64,000 nt of DNA from Octopus sinensis (lineage: Eukaryota), in contig NC_042997.1 in assembly GCF_006345805.1 (NCBI RefSeq), positions 87,668,001 to 87,732,000 of the forward strand, in the 5' to 3' direction. Under the pieces are notes generated by a model. That model was not told where the DNA came from. It saw only the letters and a list, made by a program, of their open reading frames with translations, and searched no databases. This document shows, one piece after another, positions 12,594 through 23,508 of the stretch. How positions within the stretch are numbered: position 1 is the stretch's first letter; each line of letters starts with the position of its first letter. The translations under genes were made by a program, and so were the position numbers.

Positions 12594-12764
12594 TGTTGAA
12601 TAAACCATAATGATAACAAAATCTTGGTGGCTGTTTTCTAAGCTTTATTCAACACAATTGTTAAGTTACAGTTCAGAATATTATGTTGTATGTGTTATTA
12701 CTATGGTCACCTAGACTATTTCCAGTTGTATTATTCCATTCTGATTGTAAGTATGGAAACACCA

Positions 12765-12795
<31 letters not shown>

Positions 12796-12842
12796 GTTTA
12801 GCGTCCGTTTATGTATGCATATTAAATAATAGTTAAATTACA
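12594..12842 (-). repeat. 5' LTR of the gypsy element, containing a ~45-bp retro-insertion at 12766-12810
   Basis: Shares ataatgata..ttggtggctg..agcttt..cagttcagaatattatgtt..gtaagtatggaaa..ttaca with 9088-9291. Confidence 0.85.
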
Positions 12843-15389
12843 AGGCTATTTTAGCTGATTGACATAAATTCTGTCACCAATATACTCTAATCAATAATTC
12901 ACAGATGTTTTTTTTTTCCACTCTGACTTTTCTACCACCACTACAGCAATTGCTGCTCTGAAGCAACTACAGATAACAACCATTTATCCAACAGGCTGGG
13001 GATTAGAGGGGGTCCAGATTGAATTTGCTAGATTTCTGAATATAGGTTAAATACATACTTAGATTATACAATAAACAATGGAAAACAAACAACAAATCTG
13101 TATGTAACAGATACAAATTAATCTACTTCTAAAGTAGGGTCTGTTTAGTCTTTATTAATCCATTAAAAATTCTTAAAATATCTGTATAGAATACTTGTAC
13201 CATGTATAACACAGCCAATAAACAATTAAACGAAGAAAAGTCAAGAGTGTAATTTTATTTAACAAATGCAAGTACAAATTAATACATGAATGTTTGTCAT
13301 TCATTTTCCAAGCCCCAGAGTGCTTTATATCAATCTGTTTCATGGCTATGATCTCTTGTATGTTTCAGAGCAGTAGTTTCCAAACAAAACTACAATGAAA
13401 ACTTCAGGTATGACTAAAACAGCAAACTAAATAACAAAAAATTGTAAACATTTACTGGCAGGTAATATTCAAAGGCACATATGCCATGTAAAGCAAGACA
13501 AAGTAACTGTGTGGTAGACTATTATTGTACCTACCAAATACAAAATTAACCAGTTTCAAAACTAACTAGTTTTCTGGATTTTCCATATTTCTGGAAGAGT
13601 TTGGTTCTATAAATACATACCTTCAACCCTTCTGCATGCCTACCACAGCTATCTTTCCTCTTGTCACCAGCCCAACTGTAACTCAGTCTCCAGACCTCAG
13701 ATTAAACTCGTACCTTATGTTATTCCTTCTCTGAAATTTCAAACTTCCCCGCTTACATGTTTTCTTTAAGCCTTCACTTACAGATGTCAAACCGAACATT
13801 AACCGCATCAACTTTACTATCTGGGTGACCCTGTGAAAATTATAGTCACTGTCTTTCTTCCTTGAAGCAACTAATAAAAAGAATTTTAGAAAATACTTTT
13901 ATCATATGATGTCTCAAGCATGATACTAGATTTAATCCTTCAGCAATTCTTAACTGGCTGAAAAGCTTAAATACTACACATGTTCTGAATCTTATCAACT
14001 CTAGTGTCTTGTATTTCTCTACTGTGTACAGCTTTAAGATCCTATCACTGGAGTGTCATAGAATAGAACATAATAAAGAACATCCGAGATAATGCACATA
14101 AAGTCAAGTGATATTTAAGGCAGATTGCCAGCAAATCAATACTTAGTATTCTACCAAGTTTGATAAAATGTACATGCTTCTTAACCCCAATATCATTGTA
14201 TTGTGTCAAAAGTTTATTCAAAGTTTTAGGTAAGTTTTTGTTGCAAATAATTGATTTACAATAGATGAAGAATTGCTGCGAGGCATATAGTAGAATAGGA
14301 AAAACTACAGTTGACTTACAGAAGAAAGAATTAGATAACATTTCAAAGATTTGAGTATTGCAGATGATATGGCATCAGATCTGAATGGGTAAAGTTATGA
14401 AGATTTAGCCTACAGATTCCTGTTATAAAAATTAAGCACTAACTCATTGCACCATATTACTGAGATGAGTGGCTTCATTCAAAATGTAGTACAGCACTCT
14501 ATTTATCTTGGACCATTCTGTATCTGTGAATACTGAATTACATTAAGCATTACCTAATGAGAGAAGAATTACTCTCACAGATAATTTGTTCTGCAGTATT
14601 GATTTAGCAAATTATTTGTACAAGAAGAAAAATGTCTGATTACTCTGAAGCTATGAGAAGAAATAAAAGTGCAACCCATGAGAAGAAATAAATCACAATA
14701 ATGACTACAAAACTAAAGACTACAAAACAAGAAGTTAAAAGAGGTGTAGATAAAGTTAGGATTAGAATAATAAAATAACAGGATAACCAAGAAATTTTTA
14801 TGATATTTTGATTTTTCCATCAACCTAATTGACTGGAAGCTGATAAATGATCACATGTGGTTCAATTAATTTCAAAATCAGCACTAAAAGTGGACACTAA
14901 CATATTGAAAGCATAGAAGCAGCACTGAGAAGGAATTACTGTAAGGATACCATTTGAATTAATGAATGTTACATTACTGAATAGCTGGGTCGTTTTCAAT
15001 AAACTGTAATGGATTGAAAATGATGGCAAGTTATTGGTTAAAAAAACAGTCACTAGAAAGGTCCCAGAGGTGGGGTGAGGTGGAGGAAGAATGGATGAAA
15101 TATGATTCAAATCCATTAAATAAATTTTTTTTTATTAATTGGTGAATATTTCTGTAAATGAGATTATAGCTTTTATGAAAAGATTACCAGAGCAAAAAAA
15201 AAAACAAAAAAACAACAAAACCTAAAAGGCTACCAAATATCAAAAAAATATATTGAATATGAAAATATCAAAACCTCTTTTAAATGAGGAGCAAACATTT
15301 TAATAAGATTTTTATATTCAGAATTTGTTTTTATGGTTTTGTTTTGAATGAATTTTAAATTTTTCATTGCCTCTTAAGGTTATTCTTTA

Positions 15390-15940
15390 CCTTTTATCTT
15401 TCACTTGCTTCATTGAACTCTGGCCATTCTGGGGCACCATCTTGAAAAGATTGGTTGAACTGATCGACCTCACTACTTATTTTTATAAGTTTGGTACTTA
15501 TTGTATTGGTTTCTTTATGCCAAACTGCTAAGTTATGGGGATGTAAACAAGACAAACCAGTTGTTAAGCAGTGGTGGGGAACAAACTCAAAGGCACAAAG
15601 ACACGCATAGACTGCCATGCCATGTAACAGTGCCTAATGCCAACCACTCTGTAAAGTTGTTGGCATTAGGAAGGGCATCCAGCCATAGAGACCATACCAA
15701 ATCAGACTGGACTCTGGTGCCCCCCCCCCGGCTTGCCAGCTCTGGTCACTACTTCCAACCCAAGCCAGCATGGACAATGGACATTTAATGATGATGATAT
15801 ATACAATGAGCTTCCACACAGATTCCATCTATCAAGTTCACTCACAAGGCATTGGTTGGCTTGGGACCATAGTAGAAAAAAATTGTCCAAGGTGTTATGT
15901 AGTGGGACTAAACCAGAAACCATGTGATTACAAAGTAAGC
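15390..15940 (-). mobile_element. SINE-C split by a SINE-B insertion (15610-15800, + strand)
   Basis: C tail 15390-15610, B tail with ggaagggcatccagc..atgatgat, C head 15800-15940. Confidence 0.7.
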
Positions 15941-16582
15941 ATAGGAGGCAAAATAGTGTCCAATGACTCTTTACAGGATCTCTGAGATTGGCGAGAGGAA
16001 AAGAGAAAAGTATCCTGAAACTAAAGACCTGATCTGGTTGCTTGCAACAGAGTGGATTCCACTAAAGTACCCAAGGTCCCAAGTGGTAGTGTTAAACTGA
16101 GTGATAGAGTAAGTCTATCTCCCAAGTAGGCCTTGGCAAGATTTGAACTCAGAGTGCAAAGAAGAACTACTGCACAGCATTTGATCTGACTTAATTATAG
16201 TTTCACCAATTTTCTATCCTGGAATGGTACTTTTTCTTTTTATTGAATCTGAAAGGAGAAAAAGTAATATTGACCTCAGCAGGATTTGAACTCAGAGACT
16301 GTGAGTAGGAACAAATCCTGCTGTCCCTTTAAATCCCCACAGTTTTGACCATGTTGATATATTGAACAAATATGTGCTTCATATATTCTAAAAGTTTTTG
16401 AATTTCTTTATACATTTTCAGAAAACTTAAGTTTTGATTCATTTCATCTTAAAATCTCTTGAATATATCTGTAAACCCTTTAATTCCAAAACTGTTATAC
16501 ACTTTCTGCATTCTACACAATACTCACAAATACATTAGGATGATAACTGAAAAACAAATTGCTTACTAAATCTAATAGGCAT

Positions 16583-16800
16583 AGGCATGGCTGTGTGATA
16601 AGAAGTTTTCTTCCTGACTATATGGTTCTAGGTTCAGTCCAACTGTATGCCATCTTGATCAGTTGTCTTCTACATTAGCCCTGGGCTGACTGAAGTCTTT
16701 TGAGTGAATTTGGCTGACCAAAACCAAAAGCAGTTTATCATATATGTGTGCATGTGTGTGTGTACACACACATACACACACACACACACACACACAGAAA
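16583..16800 (+). mobile_element. SINE-C head plus (CA)n
   Basis: gcatggctgtgtgataagaag...ggttcagtcc. Confidence 0.7.
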
Positions 16801-16936
16801 GACAGAACACAAACAGTTTTATCATGGCTACTAAATAATTGTCACATATTACATTTACAGATAAATTCTTCTATTTACATAATATCGAGGTCTCTTTCAT
16901 TCTTTTGTTGTCTTACCATTTTTATCAATATATATA

Positions 16937-18228
16937 CGAGGGGCGTTCAATAAGTAATGCCCCTGACCCACTTCCCATAGCAGTAGAGCAACGACACTTG
17001 GCACAGTTATTAGTCTTTTTCTACATAGGAATCACCCAGAGTTACGCATTTCTCCCATCGTTTGATGCAGCTCTGGAGACCGTTTTTGTAGAAGACCCCA
17101 GCTTGGTTCTCCAGCCGCGACGTGACTTCAGAAATCAAGGCTGCATCATCTGGGAAATGCTTTCCTTTCAAAAACAACTTCATGGCTGGGAAGAGGTGAA
17201 AATCAGAGGGTGCAAGGTCAGGAAAGTAGGGGGGATGGGGGAGGAGTTCATAGCCACATGCCTGTGCTTCTGATCTGGCGACATGCGAGTTGTGGACCGG
17301 AGTGTTGTCCTGCAGGAGGAGGATGCATTTGCTGATCTTGCTCTGCCTCTTGATTTTGATAGCTTCTCTTAATTTCCTCAAAAGTGAAGCATAATAGGCT
17401 CCTGTAATTGTGGTACCCTTTGCCAGGAAATCTGTCATCACTACTCCGTCCTGGTCCCAGAAGACTGTGAACATGACCTTGCCAGTGGAGGGCTGCACCC
17501 TTGCCTTCTTTGGAGGAGGTGAGTCATGTTGCTTCCACTACATTGACTGGGCTTTGATCTCTGGATCATAGTGATGGACCCAGGTCTCATCCTGTGTAAT
17601 CAATCTTTTGAAAAATTTTGACTCATCTTCTTGGCACATCTCCAAATTCATCCTTGAGCACTCGACACGTTCTTGCTTCTGAAAAGGTTTGAGCAACCTG
17701 GAAATCCATCTGGCAGACACCTTTTGCATATGCAAATGGTCATGAAGGATAGTTTCCACAGACCCGGTACTAATCTTGACCTCATGAGCAATTTGGCAAA
17801 TAGTTATGCGTCGATCTTCCAAAATGGCAGCCTCAACTTGACGGACAGATGCCTCATCAATGGCAGAAGGGGGCGACCAGATCTGGGAGCTGTTTCCACA
17901 GAGTTCCGACCATGTTTGAATTCCCAATGCCAGCATTTTACAAGGTCATATGATGGGGCATCATCACCATAAGTTACTTCCATTTCATCAAAAGTCTTCC
18001 ATGGTGTGCGTCCTTTCAAATACAAAAATCGGATCACTGCTCGACACTCAACAGGCTCCATTTCACACTTGACTCAGTTCAAACACCTGTAAATCATAAA
18101 CCACAATTAGTTCAGAGCTGTAATTTGCCACGTAATCTATAGAAATATAAATAATTGCACATGCAAAATTTCAGCTAGATCAAACAACTGCAAGTGGATC
18201 AGAAGCATTACTTATTGAACGTCCCTCG
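16937..18228 (-). mobile_element. Full-length mariner, irritans-like (Bytmar/Himar-type), 1292 bp
   Basis: TA|CGAGGGGCGTTCAATAAGTAATG ... CATTACTTATTGAACGTCCCTCG|TA TIRs with TA TSD. Confidence 0.95.
17010..18061 (-). pseudogene. mariner DD34D transposase with one frameshift (~17850) and one nonsense codon (17538-17540)
   Basis: MEPVECRAVIRFLYLKG..RSGRP; ITQDETWVHHYDPE; LLQDN-x34-PDLAPSDFHLF. Confidence 0.93.
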
Positions 18229-18449
18229 TATATAGGATATGAGAGGTAACGGTGTCAAGAAGACTCAAAGGTGCCAGGTAATGCTGAGTAAGTGCTATGG
18301 ACAGGCTATAGTTAAGCTCAAGGTTCGGTGATTATGCAAATGAGGAGTCCAACGTAGGTCATATGTCAGCATGTGTATATATAAAAAAATGAGCAGAATG
18401 AGATAAAAATCCAAGGTTGTAAAGATTTCAGAACATTCATAGATAGAAG

Positions 18450-18497
18450 GTCTTACAGCTGTTTATGGGATATTTTACATATCCCTTCATCAGAAAC
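18450..18497 (-). ncRNA. Degenerate minimal type I hammerhead ribozyme motif
   Basis: Minus strand gttt-CTGATGA-a-gggatat-gtaaa-atatccc-a-TAAA-cagctg-TA-agac; G12 mutated to U. Confidence 0.6.
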
Positions 18498-18840
18498 AGT
18501 GTGAGAAAATGGTTAAACATTAGTTATTCGAGATAAGATATGAAATAGAGAGTGAAGTGAAGGAATGAAAACAGATGTGAGATATGCAGGGATATTGTAT
18601 CTTCAGTTCCATTACTTAGGCCGAATGGTATACATATAAGATTCCTGGAATGACCAATTTTAAATATTATTGGAACTTAATCTCAAGGTACAGGAATCTT
18701 ATATGTATACATTTCTGTCTAAATAATGGAACTGAAGATACATTATCCCTGCATATCTCATGTCTATTTTCATTCCTCCACTTCACTCTCTATTTCATAT
18801 CTTATCTCGAATAACTATTGCTTAACCATTTTCTCACACT

Positions 18841-18888
18841 GCCTCTAATAAAGGGATGTATAGAATATCCCAGAAACAGCTGTAAGAC
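18841..18888 (+). ncRNA. Degenerate minimal type I hammerhead ribozyme motif (sister copy)
   Basis: gcct-CTAATAA-a-gggatgt-ataga-atatccc-a-GAAA-cagctg-TA-agac; core G5 and G8 mutated, GAAA intact. Confidence 0.55.
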
Positions 18889-19204
18889 TTATTTATAAAT
18901 GTTCTGAAATCTTTAATCTTTACAGCCTTGGATTTTTATCTCATTCTGTTAATTTATATATATAATAATGAAGGCAGTGATATGCAATATGAAACCAAAA
19001 AGAAAAAATTCTGTTGTCACTAGTTGTGACTGAGGGTGCAGAGTAGCACCTACATTGCTAGAAATAAGAGCTAAAAAGCCCTTACAGCCACAAGAAGCAC
19101 ATTGTCATACACTGACAGGGGAGATAACCACCTCAGAGTGAGCAAGATCATTACACTATAGTTTCATTTGAAAATTACAAACTCTCTCTCACACACACAC
19201 ATTT

Positions 19205-19450
19205 GTATTGTGTGTGTGTGTGTATGCATGTTGTTGTTCCTTTCCTTGATAAAGCATGATAGTTGTGAATGTCAGCAACATAGTGTCCTTCATTTCTAAT
19301 CTTCCATAAAAGCATGTCTGGTCATAGGGAAATGATATCTTGCATGGAAATGGGCAAGAGTTGATGACTGTAAGGTCATCGAATCATAGAAAAATCTGCC
19401 TCAGCAAATTCCATCTGACTCATGCCAGCATGGAAAAATGATTGTTAAAA
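19205..19450 (+). mobile_element. SINE family D (variant of the B tail, ends aaaacgatgatg)
   Basis: catgtctggtcatagggaaat..catgccagcatggaaaa; copies at 20655, 31850, 45130, 49750, 56600, 58340, 62560. Confidence 0.65.
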
Positions 19451-19569
19451 CGATGATGTGTGTTTTGTATCAAATAAAACTTCTTTTTCAAATGTTTGAA
19501 ATGGAACAGGCATTACAAAATGTGCTCAATGTACACATGCAGTTCAAAGTATCTCTGTCTTTTATTTTT

Positions 19570-19774
19570 ATCTTTTACTTCTTTCAGTCATTTGACTGCA
19601 GTCATACTGGGCCAATGTATTGAAGTGTTTGTTTTTTAGTCGAATGATCGACCCTAGAATTTAATATTTTTTAAAGCCTGGTACTTATTCTAATCCTGTC
19701 AGTCTCTCTTGCTGATCTGCTAAATTATGAGGATGCAAACACACCAACACCTGTTGTCATGTGGTGGTGGTAGG

Positions 19775-19808
<34 letters not shown>

Positions 19809-19990
19809 GCCCACACACACACACACACACACGATAGGCTTCTTTCAGTTTCCATCTACCAAATCCACTCACAAGACTTTGATCAGCCTGAGGCTATAGT
19901 AGAAGACACTTGCCCAAGATTCCACACTGCTGGACTGAAACCAGAAGTATGTGGTTGGGAAGCAATCTTCTTACGACATAGCCACACCGG
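19570..19990 (-). mobile_element. SINE-C
   Basis: Same head, microsatellite and tail layout as 11815. Confidence 0.8.
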
Positions 19991-20280
19991 TGCCTATCAC
20001 AATTGATATACATCTCAATTTATTGCAAATCACATGGGATGCACAACTCAGTCCATTGTGGGATAAACAAATTTGGAATGTATTGTAATCTATCTATTGT
20101 ACTTTATTCTCTTTTTTTATTTTTACGTGAGCGAATGAAACATTTAAAGCAATACCATTTGTTACTCTTTATCTCTCAAAGATCTTTACATTGTGCTGAA
20201 ACAGAATGAAGGTTGTCTGAGGCATAGTCATTGTTACTTAAAAACTGTGATGTATTACATAGTTTTCATCTAGCAATAAC

Positions 20281-20336
<56 letters not shown>

Positions 20337-20654
20337 TATATGTAAATGTGTGTGCGTGTATAAATTTTTTTTTTGGTAGCCTCACAGACAGCAAAGTTAA
20401 TAAGCCTTCACTTGAATAAAATATAGATATAGAAGTTTAGCATATGTGATTCTGGCTTTGTGTGTGTATATCCATATGGATCAATATGTGCATGTGTGTG
20501 TCTGCTTGTAAATATGTATAGAACAGCAAGAATGTGGATTTAACTAACATGTCTAGCTTAAGCCAGCTTAAGGAAGTGGCTACAAAATGATACTGAAGGG
20601 ATAATGAAAACAACAGCAACAACAACAATTCAACATTAACAAAGACAAAAACTC

Positions 20655-21682
20655 GTCATCATTTTAATTCTGCTTTTCCATGTTTCCATGGGTTGAATGG
20701 AGTTTACTGAGACAAATTTTCTCTGACTGGATGCCCTTCCTTTCACTGACCATCACCCATTTCCAAGAAAGGCTCTATTTCCCCATGACCAGACATGTTT
20801 TACAGAAGACTGGAAGTAAACAACAGTGCTTGCATGATGGTGGCATTTGTTTTACAACTATTACATAAAGCCAAGGCAAGGAGGCAGTAGCACATACACA
20901 GACACATGCACACATCTTCATCATCATTGTTTAATGTTCTCCTTCCATGGGTTAGACGGTTTGACAGGAGCTGACCAAGCAGAAGCTTGCACAATACTTC
21001 TGTGTTTGTTTTGGCATGGTTCTACTGCTGGTTCTAACACCAACCACTTTGCAGAGTGAGCTGAGTGCTTTCTACATGGCACCAGCACAGGCAAAGTCAG
21101 TTTTGACAGCTGGATGCCCTTTACAGTGTGGTCTGGATACTTTCTAAGCAGTACCAGCACCAGCAGGGTCACCAAGTAACTTTTCAAGAGAAGGGGAGGG
21201 GGCATGGGAGGAGGCGATCTTGTGCCAGATGATGAAAGGTTCGAGTGTGACAGAGAGATAAACAGAAACAAATGTCTTGCTGTAGAGGAGGTACATGGTT
21301 ACCCAACCAGAGAGAGAAAGAGAGATGGAGAAAGAGAGAAAGAAAAGGAGAGAGGGAGAGAAAGTTAACAAGAAAGAAGGCAGAAATAAGTATGTAGCTG
21401 TAAAGGAGATACATGGTTACCTGGCTGGAGGGAAGAGCAGGAGAAAAATATACACACAGACACACACACACCTAGGTGAAGCCGACAGTGGGTGCAGATC
21501 TTGATGGTAGTAGCACACACACAGTGGGCTTCCTTCAGTTTCTGTCTACCAAATCCACTCATAAGGCCATGGCTGGTTGGAGGGTATAGTAGAAAACACT
21601 TGCTCAAAGTGCCACACAGTAGGAGTGAACCTGATAGCATGTGGTTGGGAAGCAAGCTTCATATCACACAGCCACACCTGTG

Positions 21683-21723
<41 letters not shown>

Positions 21724-21850
21724 ATATATCATCATCATCGACCATGTTTGGATGGTGCTTTTTACATGCCAATGGCATGAGGAGCCAGTCAGGCAGCTCT
21801 GGCAATGACCCACGCATGAATGAATGGTGCTTGGCCACAACTACAATTTC
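20655..21850 (-). mobile_element. Cluster of SINE-D, SINE-B and SINE-C fragments
   Basis: catcatc..gtttaatg..ccatgg tails at 20655, 20918 and 21730; C head 21530-21680. Confidence 0.65.
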
Positions 21851-22108
21851 CATTTGATTGTGATTTGATTTCGATTTTGATTTTAATTTACTTGAATCAA
21901 TAGGTCTCCTCAACCATGGAATGTCACCCAACAATTGAAAAGTAGTAAAGATTATTTGCCAACATAAAATGGCAGTCCTGGTTTAGAACTAATGTTGCTG
22001 TAATTTAGCCTCAGGAGACATCGTCTCCAGCTGGCTATATGACACAATCTATGTCCTTATATTTTCAAACAAGGGAATCTAGCACCCTCACTTAGCTCAA
22101 AACAATAT

Positions 22109-22151
22109 CTGTGTATCGTAATTTCTGGGTTATTTCCCTTCATCAGCACAG
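22109..22151 (-). ncRNA. Minimal type I hammerhead ribozyme motif, core intact
   Basis: Minus strand ctgtg-CTGATGA-a-ggg-aaataa-ccc-a-GAAA-ttacga-TA-cacag: perfect 5-bp stem I, full CUGAUGA/GAAA/UA core. Confidence 0.75.
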
Positions 22152-22272
22152 AATAATTGTTCAGCTAGAGGTGGCACTGCCAAATTCCTGTTTATAGTTA
22201 ATATATAGTTTTCAAAGTGACAACTAGTCACTGATCTATAAATTAGAAAATTTCTCTAGCCGAACAATTATT

Positions 22273-22310
22273 CTGTGCTGATGAAAAGAAATAACCCAGA
22301 AATCGTGATT
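22273..22310 (+). ncRNA. Hammerhead sister copy lacking the cleavage site
   Basis: ctgtg-CTGATGA-a-aag-aaataa-ccc-a-GAAA-tcgtga, then a 10-nt deletion (tacacagata). Confidence 0.55.
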
Positions 22311-22399
22311 GTTTTGAGCTGAGTTGGGGTGCTAGATTCCCTTGTTCCAAAATATAAGGACACAGATCATGTTGTATAGCCAGCTAGAGACAATTCTAA

Positions 22400-23508
22400 C
22401 TCATTTTGCACTTTATAAAGTATTCATAAATCATTTTTTGCTAATTTTGTTTAGAGATGGATAAGTCAGAAATTCATACAGCTTTGAAATATGAGTTCTT
22501 TCTTGGAAATACATCATCACAAACAGCTTGGAATATTAATGAAGTATTTCATTCCAATGTCATTCCACAGCAGACAGTATCAAATTGGCTTGTAAATGAG
22601 CAATGTGGTCGACAAGGAACAAAGCTGGATAATGATGAACTGAAAGCCACTGTTGAGTCAGCTCCATCTCAAAGTAACCGTGAATTATCATTATTGTTGG
22701 TGTTGGCAACCAAACAATATTGACTTACCTAGTTCAAATTGATAAAGTGAAAAAGTTGGACAAGTGTGTTCTACACGAACTCAATGAAAATCAGAAATAG
22801 CAATGTTTGGAAGCCTGCATTATGCTACTTTCTCATCCCCAAAATGGATAATTTTTTAATTGAATTGTAACATGTGATGAGAAATGGATCCAATACAAAA
22901 ACTGTAAACATTCAGCACAATGGTTAGACAAAGACGAGCCACCAAAACACAGTTCTAAAAGCAAAATTCATCAAAAGAAGTTGATGGTGTGTGTTTGGTG
23001 GTCTGATGCAGGTGTGATCCATTATGATTTCATTAAACCTGGTTCATCAATGACAGGCTGCAGTATACTGTAGCCAATTGGACCAAATAATGCAGAAACT
23101 AACAAGAAAATAGCCTAGATTAGTCAACAGATTCACTCCTATTTTATTGCAAGACAATGCCAGATCACACATCGCAAAAATGACATTGGTGAAACTACAG
23201 GAGTTGGCATTGGAAGTTCTCCATCATCCACCATACCCACCTGATCTTACCTCCACTGACTACCACTTCTTACAGAATTTGGATAACTTTTTAATTCTGA
23301 CGATGCTGTAAAATAGGCCTTCCAAGATTTTATTCACTCTAGATTGCCAGGCTTTTACAGTTCCAGGCTGGACAAGCTACCACTGAAATAGCAGAAGTGT
23401 ATTGACAATATGGGTGCATATTTTGATGAGTAAAACTATTCCTTGTATTTATAAAACATTAGCAAACTTTTTTTTTCTTTTCTACAAATTTCACTCTTGA
23501 CAACCTAA
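22400..23508 (+). mobile_element. Decayed mariner (cecropia/Hsmar1-like), left TIR missing
   Basis: MDKSEIHTALKYEF; IVTCDEKW; KKLMVCVWW; QDN-x34-PDLTSTDYHF; right TIR ..gacaacctaa|TA. Confidence 0.9.

Larger units (their letters stand above)
9088..12842 (-). mobile_element. Ty3/gypsy LTR retrotransposon, decayed, both LTRs present
   Basis: Direct-repeat LTRs (TG...CA), PPT AAAAGGGAAAGG next to the 3' LTR, gag-RT-RNaseH-integrase order on the minus strand. Confidence 0.9.
18376..18963. repeat. Large palindrome, ~270-bp arms and 43-bp spacer (Penelope-like pLTR-type inverted pair)
   Basis: 18376-18647 is the reverse complement of 18691-18963 with scattered mismatches. Confidence 0.92.
22021..22393. 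repeat. Second palindrome, ~145-bp arms and ~83-bp spacer
   Basis: 22021-22170 is the reverse complement of 22254-22393 (e.g. aagggaatctagcacc / ggtgctagattccctt). Confidence 0.92.

Noticed and set aside
13369-13407. Plus-strand mini-exon candidates with good splice sites (also 14143-14229, 27044-27117, 36308-36355)
   Set aside because: The first two are phase-incompatible, the chain as a whole gives no recognisable peptide, and such sites arise by chance in AT-rich DNA.
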